IMG/VR virus record: IMGVR_UViG_3300028196_001473
Source: a virus
Reading direction: 5' to 3' (one strand)
DNA length: 64,000 nt
Of the stretch, positions 28,128-36,515 are shown piece by piece; within the stretch, counting starts at the first letter, position 1, and every line of letters begins with the position of its first letter. The notes under the pieces were generated by a model that saw only the letters and a list, made by a program, of their open reading frames with translations, searched no databases and was not told where the DNA came from. The translations under genes were made by a program, and so were the position numbers.

Positions 28128-28814
28128 ATGGAAGAAGTACAAAAAGATTTTAAAATGGTGAAGAGTGTATATAACTCTAATTTTGAAACCATAACTAATA
28201 TTATGCATCTATATGGTATTGAGAAGTTTGATTTGGATTGTACGTACTCTAAGGGTAATTTTTGGAAAGGACTACCAGACCCAACACATAAGACAGATTT
28301 AATCCCACATTACGAACATGTAATTCAGTCTGATTCCGAGAACCTCCCATTTGAAAATGAATCAATGAGTGCGATAATGTACGACCCACCATTTATTATT
28401 GTTGGTAGTGGTAAAGGTTATAAGAAAAATGGACCTAATAGTTCCATCATTGCAAAAAGGTTCGAGGGTTACGGAACATATAATGATTTAAAAGAAAATT
28501 ATTATAATACACTAAAAGAACTATACAGACTAACTAAGAAAGATGGGTTTGTGGTAATGAAATGTCAAGACACCGTTTCTGGAGGTAAACAACACTTCAG
28601 TCATGTTATGGTTATGAATATGGCATATTCTTTAGGTTTCTACCCAAGAGATATGTTTGTACTAACATCTAACGTTAGGGTTAATGCATTCAATGGAACT
28701 AAGTGGAAGAAACAACACCACGCTAGAAAATATCATTCATATTTTTGGGTATTTGAAAAACGTAAACCGAGGGTTCCTTATGACTTTAACCCATTGGTTC
28801 AAAGTGAAGATTAA
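28128..28814 (+). CDS. Amino-type (N6A/N4C) DNA methyltransferase-like protein
   Basis: LDCTYSKG (motif I-like), MYDPPF (motif IV), KCQD. Confidence 0.65.
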   Translation: MEEVQKDFKMVKSVYNSNFETITNIMHLYGIEKFDLDCTYSKGNFWKGLPDPTHKTDLIPHYEHVIQSDSENLPFENESMSAIMYDPPFIIVGSGKGYKKNGPNSSIIAKRFEGYGTYNDLKENYYNTLKELYRLTKKDGFVVMKCQDTVSGGKQHFSHVMVMNMAYSLGFYPRDMFVLTSNVRVNAFNGTKWKKQHHARKYHSYFWVFEKRKPRVPYDFNPLVQSED

Positions 28815-29136
28815 CTCTATCACCCACCTTAAAATTATCTTTACAGGTCCCTGAGGGGAATTCGATAACGTGATCACCTATTCCCGAATATCTATGTTCA
28901 CAATCGATGTCACATGGTTGACAATCATGATGTATACCACTGATCCTTTTGTTGTTTACAAACATAATATCTAAAGGTATTAAACATCTTCTCATCCAAA
29001 AACGATGATGACCTTTACCCATGTTGAAAACCATACAACCATCTAAGGACTTACGCCCCATCATGCCTTGTTTAATTTCCTCAGGTGAAGTCATATATTC
29101 GGCATTAAAAATCTGATCATTAATCTTTACGTTCAT
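28786..29136 (-). CDS. DUF192 family protein
   Basis: QGMMGRKSL..MVF...FWMRRCLIPLDIMFV...HVIEF pattern. Confidence 0.75.
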   Translation of the reverse strand: MNVKINDQIFNAEYMTSPEEIKQGMMGRKSLDGCMVFNMGKGHHRFWMRRCLIPLDIMFVNNKRISGIHHDCQPCDIDCEHRYSGIGDHVIEFPSGTCKDNFKVGDRVNLHFEPMG

Positions 29137-29187
29137 ACTTATAACTAGTTGATAATTTAATTTAATTTACGTATATTTTTACTAATT

Positions 29188-29535
29188 ATGAAGTACAATG
29201 ATTTATTTATTGGCGTTTTACTTTTCACCGTAGCACATTTCCTAACATTCTATCAGTTGAATGGTCAGTTTATATGGAAATGGTTTCAAAAAAACGAATG
29301 GTTAATAATTGTTAGTGGGTCTCTACTATCAATATTCTATGTGTGGGGAACTAAATATGCCGTTTCAGGTACAGGTGGGTTATTATGGCCGGCTAGATTT
29401 ATAGGGTTTGGTATAGGTATGGTTCTATACGCAATATTGGTTAACCACCATTTTAATGAAGGTCTTAACACTAAAACAGTGGTTAGTTTGTTTTTGTGTT
29501 GTGCATTAATATGTATACAAGTATTTTGGAAATGA
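29188..29535 (+). CDS. Small four-TM membrane protein (SMR/EamA-like size)
   Basis: Four hydrophobic segments in 115 aa. Confidence 0.55.
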   Translation: MKYNDLFIGVLLFTVAHFLTFYQLNGQFIWKWFQKNEWLIIVSGSLLSIFYVWGTKYAVSGTGGLLWPARFIGFGIGMVLYAILVNHHFNEGLNTKTVVSLFLCCALICIQVFWK

Positions 29536-29591
29536 AAAAACATTTAGTAGTAATAGGACATCCAGATAAAAAATCAGAAATAGTAGGATAG
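29532..29591 (+). pseudogene. 19-aa remnant resembling the N-terminus of a flavodoxin-like NAD(P)H oxidoreductase
   Basis: MKKHLVVIGHPDKKS then stop; ATGA-coupled to upstream gene. Confidence 0.35.
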
Positions 29592-29600
29592 TAACCTTTA

Positions 29601-30131
29601 ATGGTAGACGTAAATAAAATAGTACAGTACAGAATGGTTGATGGGGATCTAACGTCACATAACCCTTCACCATATTATTCCCTTCAATACGTTGATATAA
29701 ATAATTACAAAACATATATTGATGATATTAGGGAAGTCTCCAACCTAATTATAAAACAAATTCCTGATTGGGGAGATGCACCGACAGTGGAAACGGTTAT
29801 TAAAAGGTTTGAATCGAAATCGTACACTTATTTATTTTACTATAAAGATAGGTGTATAGGGTGGAATTGGGGTAATCCTAATTTTACGTATAATTGGATT
29901 GATATTGATCAAGAACTAGGAGATGATGAAACTTATTTGGGTGGATGTTTTGTGAATTTGGATAAAGATGATAGACCTAATAATTCGGGATATTCTATGT
30001 GTTACTTGTTCTTTAAAGAAGAGAGTGACAGAGGAATAAAATCCATGTATGGTGTGACCGATGATTGGAATAGACGAGCATCTATTCTGTACTATAGGTT
30101 GGGTTGGAAAACATATAATTTTATAAAATAA
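29601..30131 (+). CDS. GNAT-like acetyltransferase
   Basis: YLGGCFV...NNSGY, WNRRASILYYRLGW (N..A..LY.KLG.) motif. Confidence 0.6.
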   Translation: MVDVNKIVQYRMVDGDLTSHNPSPYYSLQYVDINNYKTYIDDIREVSNLIIKQIPDWGDAPTVETVIKRFESKSYTYLFYYKDRCIGWNWGNPNFTYNWIDIDQELGDDETYLGGCFVNLDKDDRPNNSGYSMCYLFFKEESDRGIKSMYGVTDDWNRRASILYYRLGWKTYNFIK

Positions 30132-30136
30132 TTATT

Positions 30137-31183
30137 ATGAATAAATTAGACATACAGTATCTCGGTATATTAGAAAACGTTTTACATCACGGTACTGAGA
30201 AAAAAGATCGTACAGGTACAGGAACATTATCTTTATTCGGTAGACAAATACGTCATAATATGAGTGACGGGTTTCCACTACTAACCACTAAGAAAATGGC
30301 GATAAAATCTGTCATGACGGAATTAAAGTGGTTTTTAAAGGGAGATACTAATATCAAATATTTGGTAGATAACGGTTGTAAGATTTGGAATGGTGACGCA
30401 TACAAGAATTACCTAAACATTTATAATTATAACTTTAAAGATGATGATACTATTGAACCTCTCACCATGGAGGAGTTTATGGAGGACTTTGGGGAAGATA
30501 AAGAATTCAGAGACCAATGGGGTGAGTTAGGACCAATCTATGGAAAGCAGTGGAGAAATTGGACTGAATATTATGTTGAGAAATTCAATGGTGGTAATCC
30601 TATTATAGTAGAGAGAACTAAAGACCAAATTGCAAATCTAATTGAAGAACTAAAAACAAATCCTGATAGTAGGAGATTAATGGTTAATGCATGGAATGTT
30701 GGAGAGTTAGATCAAATGGTGCTACCACCTTGTCATTATGGATTCCAAGTATATACTCGAGAGTTAGGTTTGGACGAGAGAATAGATTATATGAATAAAG
30801 GTAAGATATCTAAATCTTCGGATTACTTTCATGAACATTTAGATTCAATGGGGATACCTAAACGATCACTCTCACTAATGTGGAGTCAGAGAAGTGTGGA
30901 TACATTTTTAGGATTACCATTCAATATTGCATCTTATGGTATGTTATTATTATTATTGGCTGACGAAGTTGGTATGATACCTGGTGAGTTAATAGGAAAT
31001 TTAGGTGATGTACATCTATATAAGAACCATATACTTCAAGCGGAAGAACAACTAAAAAGAGAACCACACAAATTTTTACCAAAACTAAAATTAAAAAGTT
31101 CAGATATACTGAACGGTGAATTTGATTATGAAATACTACACTATCATTCTCACCCTACAATTAAAGCACCCCTTAGTAACTAA
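30137..31183 (+). CDS. thyA: Thymidylate synthase
   Basis: DRTGTGT, ELGPIYGKQWR, PDSRR, LPPCH, QRSVDTFLGLPFNIASY, HLYKNH. Confidence 0.97.
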   Translation: MNKLDIQYLGILENVLHHGTEKKDRTGTGTLSLFGRQIRHNMSDGFPLLTTKKMAIKSVMTELKWFLKGDTNIKYLVDNGCKIWNGDAYKNYLNIYNYNFKDDDTIEPLTMEEFMEDFGEDKEFRDQWGELGPIYGKQWRNWTEYYVEKFNGGNPIIVERTKDQIANLIEELKTNPDSRRLMVNAWNVGELDQMVLPPCHYGFQVYTRELGLDERIDYMNKGKISKSSDYFHEHLDSMGIPKRSLSLMWSQRSVDTFLGLPFNIASYGMLLLLLADEVGMIPGELIGNLGDVHLYKNHILQAEEQLKREPHKFLPKLKLKSSDILNGEFDYEILHYHSHPTIKAPLSN

Positions 31184-31575
31184 TGCAATTAATAACAACA
31201 CACCCAATAAAGAAATCTGATTTAGGATTTCACGCAAACCTATTTGGAGGTAAACTATTAGCATGGTTAGATGCCGCAGGTGCCGCCTACGCCATGGAAA
31301 TATGTGACACACCAAGAATGGTTACTGTTATGATTGATAAATGTCTATTTAAGAAACCCGCTAAAGAGGGACAACTGATCAAAATTTATGGAGATGTTGT
31401 TCACGTTGGGAACACTTCAATCACATTTTACTTAGAGGCGAGAGCACATAACGTATATTCAGGTAGTCAAACAGTTATACTACAAACTAATATTAGGTTT
31501 GTTAGAGTCGACGAAAATGGGGATTCAGTACCTATCTCAGAAAAAGTAAGAAACAAGTATGGACCAAAAGAATAA
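31183..31575 (+). CDS. Acyl-CoA thioesterase (hot-dog fold, YciA-like)
   Basis: NLFGGKLLAWLD, FKKPAKEG, VGNTS, FVRVDENG. Confidence 0.85.
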   Translation: MQLITTHPIKKSDLGFHANLFGGKLLAWLDAAGAAYAMEICDTPRMVTVMIDKCLFKKPAKEGQLIKIYGDVVHVGNTSITFYLEARAHNVYSGSQTVILQTNIRFVRVDENGDSVPISEKVRNKYGPKE

Positions 31576-31858
31576 TTATAATTTTCGTTTAGACATATTA
31601 AGAAGAAAGATTGATGTTTTTGATGATGTATTGTATGATTCTATCAAAAAAAGATTTAAGGATACTAACCTAATAGGTAAGTTAAAAAGAGAATGCCATA
31701 TTACGGATATGTGTGAGAAACGTAAAGAAGAAATTTATGGAAGACTTGAAACTAAATGTAATGATGATGGTCTGCCACCACAATTACTTAAAGATATATA
31801 CAACCTAATATTTGAGTACTCAATAAAAGATCAGAAAAGAATAATCGGTGAGAAGTAA
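31559..31858 (+). CDS. Stand-alone chorismate mutase type II-like protein
   Basis: LRRKIDVFDD...KRF...IGKLK...RKEEI...IF..S AroQ pattern. Confidence 0.6.
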   Translation: MDQKNNYNFRLDILRRKIDVFDDVLYDSIKKRFKDTNLIGKLKRECHITDMCEKRKEEIYGRLETKCNDDGLPPQLLKDIYNLIFEYSIKDQKRIIGEK

Positions 31859-32081
31859 TGTTATTGATTTACATGGGCTAAACCGAACGGAATCGTTCAT
31901 TCTTGTCGAAGATGAGTTATTAATCAGATCTAATAGTGGAACGTTCAGTCTAACAATAATCACCGGTAATAGTAAACCCATGAGAGATGGGGTTATCCGT
32001 ATATGTGAAACACACGGTTTTAGTTACGTAGTGCCATCACACAATATGGGTGAAATAATAGTTAACTATTTTTCGTTATAG
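31848..32081 (+). CDS. Small Smr-domain protein
   Basis: IDLHGL, IITGNS, NMG. Confidence 0.65.
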   Translation: MRSNVIDLHGLNRTESFILVEDELLIRSNSGTFSLTIITGNSKPMRDGVIRICETHGFSYVVPSHNMGEIIVNYFSL

Positions 32082-32336
32082 AACCCCTCTTTTTATAAGT
32101 TCTTTCTTAATTATATTCTTTTTTTTGTTATATGAGGGAGATTCGTACAGTTTTTTTAATTCTTCAGTGGAAGTATTGTCAGTAGTATAGTGCTTATAAT
32201 ACCATTTACTGTTCATTATTTTACCTTTAGAATCTCTCATGTATTCTTTAGAGGAAGGTTTAATTTTATTTGATGCCATAATTTTATAAATATTATTATA
32301 AATACCTATATAAATTACTAAAATAACACTACACAA
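32076..32336 (-). CDS. Hypothetical basic protein
   Basis: Likely ATG start near 32281; two TATTTAT motifs upstream on minus strand. Confidence 0.5.
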   Translation of the reverse strand: MCSVILVIYIGIYNNIYKIMASNKIKPSSKEYMRDSKGKIMNSKWYYKHYTTDNTSTEELKKLYESPSYNKKKNIIKKELIKRGVL

Positions 32337-32364
32337 TTATTTTTTTTTCACCTAAATTATTGGT

Positions 32365-33795
32365 GTGGAGAAGGTATTCAATTACAAACAAAACAAGAAA
32401 ACAGATAAAGGTAAATGTCAGGAGAAATGTTCTATTGACATATATCATTATGATGATACTTTAATACTTGAACTTTCATATCTATTCACATATATGAGGT
32501 TCGACGAGAGTAATCAGAATGAGTTCGAATTAAAGAGACGTGTCGAAACGGAACACAGGTTATCAATAGACCTAAATAGTTCTGACTTTCGTGTCTTCAC
32601 TCAAACCACAAACAAAGGGTTCTTAGGTGGTAACAAATCATCAAATGGTAGAGATCATAGAAATAAGTTCTCACAATTAGAAGACATTACTAGTGTGGGG
32701 TTCTTCGGAGGATCTAAGAAAGGTTCTAATTGGGGTGTTAGGTACAGAAAAAAAACAGAGGAAGCGTGGAATTTAATAAGGGAAATAATTCAACCAAGAA
32801 TAAAAGACGAATATCTATCAAAAAAAGGATACCACAAAGTCGAGATAGATCCTTTGTACGACCTAATTGTTGATTTTCATTTAGATAAAAAAAATATCAA
32901 AGGTCACGATCTAATATACATCGACATCCAAGAGGATTATCCAAAACAAAAATACCTAAAAAACAATGATCGTAAATTTGTACCCGCTGTTTTAGAACAG
33001 TATGGAATAAAAAATAGACAATTTATAGGTTCAATAAATAATAATGATGAGGGGATGCCGATAATAATTAAATCACTTAATTATTTTAGTAAGTTATTCG
33101 GTGATAACTATATCGATTACATGAATAAAATTGATTGGCATTTACATTGTTATAAGTCACCACCCAATAGAAAAGTTCACCCACTAAAAAATGAGACCGA
33201 AAAGAGAAACATGGTTAAGTTAATTAAAAGGTGGGAAGAAGAAGGTTTAAGATTAAACACAGATTTAACATCAGACGGGACATTAATAATGTCCTTGTAT
33301 CGTTTATTTGAATTAAGAAACAAGATCGAAAAAAGGGGAATTGAATTAAAGTTTACCGCAACAACAGATTCAGAATTGGATACACTATTTGAGGAATGGG
33401 AATCCTTAAGAAAATACCTACAGAAAGGATATAGGGTTAGGTATCTTTTCCCCGAAGATTTCGTTAAATATGTTGAACAACCTATCAAGGTTGGTGATGT
33501 GGTATACCAACCCAAAGTCTTATCTAAAGAAGAGGAGTTTAAAGTTGAGGGACACATAATGAAAAATTGTATGGGTAATCAGTTCGCACATGGGATTGCA
33601 TCAATATTTATCTCTTTAAGGAAGGGAAAAAGATGGGTGGATGTTCAATATAGAAAAGGTAAGAAAACCATGTGTTATGGTAAGGCAAACTCACCGACAC
33701 CTTCCGATTTTAAAAGTGCAATAGACACACTCAACAAACGTATGGGTAACTTTGACAAAGTAAAGTGGGTTAAAGAAAAGTATGATTTGATATAA
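32365..33795 (+). CDS. PcfJ-like domain protein
   Basis: C-terminal EEFKVEGHIMKNCM (EG..M..C); paralogous to 59039..60619. Confidence 0.6.
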   Translation: MEKVFNYKQNKKTDKGKCQEKCSIDIYHYDDTLILELSYLFTYMRFDESNQNEFELKRRVETEHRLSIDLNSSDFRVFTQTTNKGFLGGNKSSNGRDHRNKFSQLEDITSVGFFGGSKKGSNWGVRYRKKTEEAWNLIREIIQPRIKDEYLSKKGYHKVEIDPLYDLIVDFHLDKKNIKGHDLIYIDIQEDYPKQKYLKNNDRKFVPAVLEQYGIKNRQFIGSINNNDEGMPIIIKSLNYFSKLFGDNYIDYMNKIDWHLHCYKSPPNRKVHPLKNETEKRNMVKLIKRWEEEGLRLNTDLTSDGTLIMSLYRLFELRNKIEKRGIELKFTATTDSELDTLFEEWESLRKYLQKGYRVRYLFPEDFVKYVEQPIKVGDVVYQPKVLSKEEEFKVEGHIMKNCMGNQFAHGIASIFISLRKGKRWVDVQYRKGKKTMCYGKANSPTPSDFKSAIDTLNKRMGNFDKVKWVKEKYDLI

Positions 33796-33822
33796 ATTTT
33801 TATTTTTCGTATATTTTATAGT

Positions 33823-34152
33823 ATGGTAGACGTAACAGAAATAGCAATAGAAAAAATAGTTGGTTTAATGATGGAAGGTGGTATAACACCTGACACTCAC
33901 AACCTTAGGGTTGGTGTAAGTGGTGGCGGTTGTAGTGGTTTGCAATATGAAATGGATTTTGACGATAAGATAAATGAGGGAGATAGTGTATTTGAAGTGG
34001 ATGCAATCAAGGTGGTCATTAATAAACCTTCATTACTTTATTTAGCAGGTACAGTGTTAGATTTCCAAGGGGGATTAAACGGTAAAGGGTTTGAATGGAT
34101 CAACCCAAATGCATCGAGAACCTGTGGATGTGGGGAAAGTTTTAGTTTATAA
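33823..34152 (+). CDS. iscA: Fe-S cluster assembly A-type carrier (HesB/IscA/SufA family)
   Basis: LRVGVSGGGCSGLQY, NPNASRTCGCGESF. Confidence 0.92.
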   Translation: MVDVTEIAIEKIVGLMMEGGITPDTHNLRVGVSGGGCSGLQYEMDFDDKINEGDSVFEVDAIKVVINKPSLLYLAGTVLDFQGGLNGKGFEWINPNASRTCGCGESFSL

Positions 34153-34173
34153 GGTTTAAACCAATAAATAAAG

Positions 34174-34180
34174 TATTTAT
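34174..34180 (+). promoter_or_regulatory. Putative late promoter core TATTTAT
   Basis: 16 nt before ATG 34197. Confidence 0.45.
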
Positions 34181-34196
34181 ATATAAAAACAATCTA

Positions 34197-35774
34197 ATGG
34201 AAGAATTAAGCAAAAAAGATATTTTAACTCTGATTGGTGAGAATCTAACCACCATAAGACGACCTGGGTATAAAGGTTTCGATGAATCTAAGGAGTTAGA
34301 TGAAATGCCATTAAGACCAGATCAACTACCAAGCAAAGAAGTTGAACCAGGTAAACCCACAAAAAAATCTAAAAAAATTGTTTTAACTTTAGATAATGGT
34401 GAGGAGATGACATATAGTACATCTCAATCAGTTATAAAAGTTGACGGAGAAAATAAGAGTACTGTTAAGGTAACTCAAATACAGGCTGGTGATGTTATTG
34501 TTGATGACAATAGGAGTGAACAAACAGTATCAAGTGTGGATCAGAAAGAAGTGATTCCACCTTGGACGGCAATGTTTGAAATAGATAATGAGGGTAAACC
34601 AATAGAACATGTTGGGTGGTACCGATACGATAATGGGGAGGTTACTCCGATTATATTTACTTGTGAGTGGGATGAATTAACAGAAAGACATCCTGATTTG
34701 GTTAGTAAACTAAAAGAGAAGTTTGGTAAAGTTAAACTAAAAGAGCAGAAGTGTGCGTCCTACAAACCAAGAGGTAGGGATATTGATGGTGTAAAACCTA
34801 TTCCTGGTGAAGATGGAGATGAGGTTAGTTTTGATAACTCAGATCAAGTACCAGACGCCTCAGGAAGTAGAACAACATATACTAGAGAGAAGATAAATAG
34901 AACATTTAATTCTGTTTTAAAAGATGAGTTGGTTGATGATAAAGATTTTGTAAATACACTAAAGAGAATAAGTTTACCTGAAATAGTTATACTTAATCCA
35001 AAACACAGAAATAAATACAGTGAAGTAAACGATAAAGAGATTACATTCCAGTCACACAATATAAATTTATATAAAACACAGGAAGAGTTCCAAAATACCA
35101 CAAGGAAAACGGTTATGAGAGGTAGAACACCTGAGTATTTTGAAAGCGATGAGTACAACCCAAAAAAATCCAATAGTTTAAGAAGACAATACAATTCAGG
35201 ATATTCTAATTGGTCTAAAACACGTTTTACTCAACAAGGTGCTGGATACGGTAAAACACCTGTATTCAAATTAGATAGAGGTGATTTTCCAAATGAAGAA
35301 GATTTTTCAGTAATGGTATCATCTGATTTAGAAATAAAAGGTATTGCTCAGGGTGAAGGTGAGATGACATCTGGATATAGATGGGAATTAGTCTATACCG
35401 TTGAATACGCAAAGAAATTACCTACTGATAGAGTAGCAAGAAAAATATTCAAGGATGAGGATGTATCAATAAATCTTTTTGTTGATGTTGATTTAAGTGA
35501 AGAAAAGGATTTTGATGGTAAAGTAGATAAACAACAAGACGGTAAAATTGTTGGTGGGGACACAGGAGATAATCACCCATTAACAGATGTTAACATTGTC
35601 CAAGGACTAAAAGAAATTTTAGATAACTTCAAGAAAGAAATGAGTGGTAAGAAACAATTCCAATTGGCAGCTAAAAGGGCTCAAATGACAAGACAGGATG
35701 TGGATACTGCTGATATGAGGTTAAATGAAGAAGAAATAAAAGACATCATAAAGAAAACAATAAACAAGAAGTAA
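34197..35774 (+). CDS. Putative internal virion protein with Hint-like segment
   Basis: IGEN/LDEM near N-terminus, LNEE near C-terminus; LTLDNG...VDG...IQAGDVIV segment. Confidence 0.45.
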   Translation: MEELSKKDILTLIGENLTTIRRPGYKGFDESKELDEMPLRPDQLPSKEVEPGKPTKKSKKIVLTLDNGEEMTYSTSQSVIKVDGENKSTVKVTQIQAGDVIVDDNRSEQTVSSVDQKEVIPPWTAMFEIDNEGKPIEHVGWYRYDNGEVTPIIFTCEWDELTERHPDLVSKLKEKFGKVKLKEQKCASYKPRGRDIDGVKPIPGEDGDEVSFDNSDQVPDASGSRTTYTREKINRTFNSVLKDELVDDKDFVNTLKRISLPEIVILNPKHRNKYSEVNDKEITFQSHNINLYKTQEEFQNTTRKTVMRGRTPEYFESDEYNPKKSNSLRRQYNSGYSNWSKTRFTQQGAGYGKTPVFKLDRGDFPNEEDFSVMVSSDLEIKGIAQGEGEMTSGYRWELVYTVEYAKKLPTDRVARKIFKDEDVSINLFVDVDLSEEKDFDGKVDKQQDGKIVGGDTGDNHPLTDVNIVQGLKEILDNFKKEMSGKKQFQLAAKRAQMTRQDVDTADMRLNEEEIKDIIKKTINKK

Positions 35775-35803
35775 TATTGGTTTTGGTTCTATTCAAAACT
35801 ATT

Positions 35804-35836
35804 AAGGGGTTCAATGTAAATTGGGTCCCTTTTTTC
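35804..35836 (+). terminator. Intrinsic terminator
   Basis: AGGGGTTCAAT-GTAA-ATTGGGTCCCT followed by a T-run. Confidence 0.7.
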
Positions 35837-35889
35837 ATTTAGTTGATATATTGTAAAAATATCCTTATATTAATAATAAAATTAAAAGT

Positions 35890-36099
35890 ATGGTAAGTTT
35901 ATTAAGAAAAGAATGGTTAATAGATCCAAAACTTAAAAAGTGGAATTCTGTTGACTGTACTGAGGTCGGTAAGTGTAACTGCAACACCGATAAAAATCAT
36001 GTAGAACTTTGGGAACAAGATTCCTGTGTAAGAGGTAGAATAGATACAATAATTTGTACCCTGTGTGATACCATTAAATCATTTAGAATAGTACGATGA
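35890..36099 (+). CDS. Small Cys-rich protein
   Basis: CTEVGKCNC and CTLC motifs in 69 aa. Confidence 0.55.
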   Translation: MVSLLRKEWLIDPKLKKWNSVDCTEVGKCNCNTDKNHVELWEQDSCVRGRIDTIICTLCDTIKSFRIVR

Positions 36100-36215
36100 T
36101 AGGTGGTATGGTGGACATGTCTTGGAACTGTGGTTGTGGTGCTCTTAATTCGGGCACAAGAGAAACATGTGGTTCATGTGGGAAACCTAAACCCACACTT
36201 AAAATTATCTATTAA
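36096..36215 (+). CDS. 39-aa zinc-ribbon microprotein (not in ORF track)
   Basis: Manual translation ...WNCGCGALNSGTRETCGSCGKPK; W-x-C-x-C...N...C-x2-C. Confidence 0.55.
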   Translation: MIGGMVDMSWNCGCGALNSGTRETCGSCGKPKPTLKIIY

Positions 36216-36228
36216 AATTTTAAACAGA

Positions 36229-36235
36229 TATTTAT
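36229..36235 (+). promoter_or_regulatory. Putative late promoter core TATTTAT
   Basis: Directly before ATG 36240. Confidence 0.35.
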
Positions 36236-36239
36236 TGTT

Positions 36240-36515
36240 ATGAAGATTGATTTTAAAAAGATACTTGAGGCGTATAAAATAAAAATTAGCCCAACTATAG
36301 AACAAAAAGATCTGGCACTAAAAAGATTGGAAATTTGTAAAGGATGTGAATTTCTTAAGGGTGGTGTTGAGGATAATTTTTGTAGTTGTGGTGCTTGTGG
36401 TTGTTTTATACATGGTAAGATATTTACTAATAAAGGGGATGAGTGTCCAAAAGGTAAATGGAGTGAAATAGACCGAGGACACTTTAAAACAAAAGTTAAA
36501 AACACATTAATATGA
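36240..36515 (+). CDS. DUF6171-like Cys-rich protein
   Basis: KRLEICKGC...CSCGACGC...CPKGKW. Confidence 0.65.
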   Translation: MKIDFKKILEAYKIKISPTIEQKDLALKRLEICKGCEFLKGGVEDNFCSCGACGCFIHGKIFTNKGDECPKGKWSEIDRGHFKTKVKNTLI

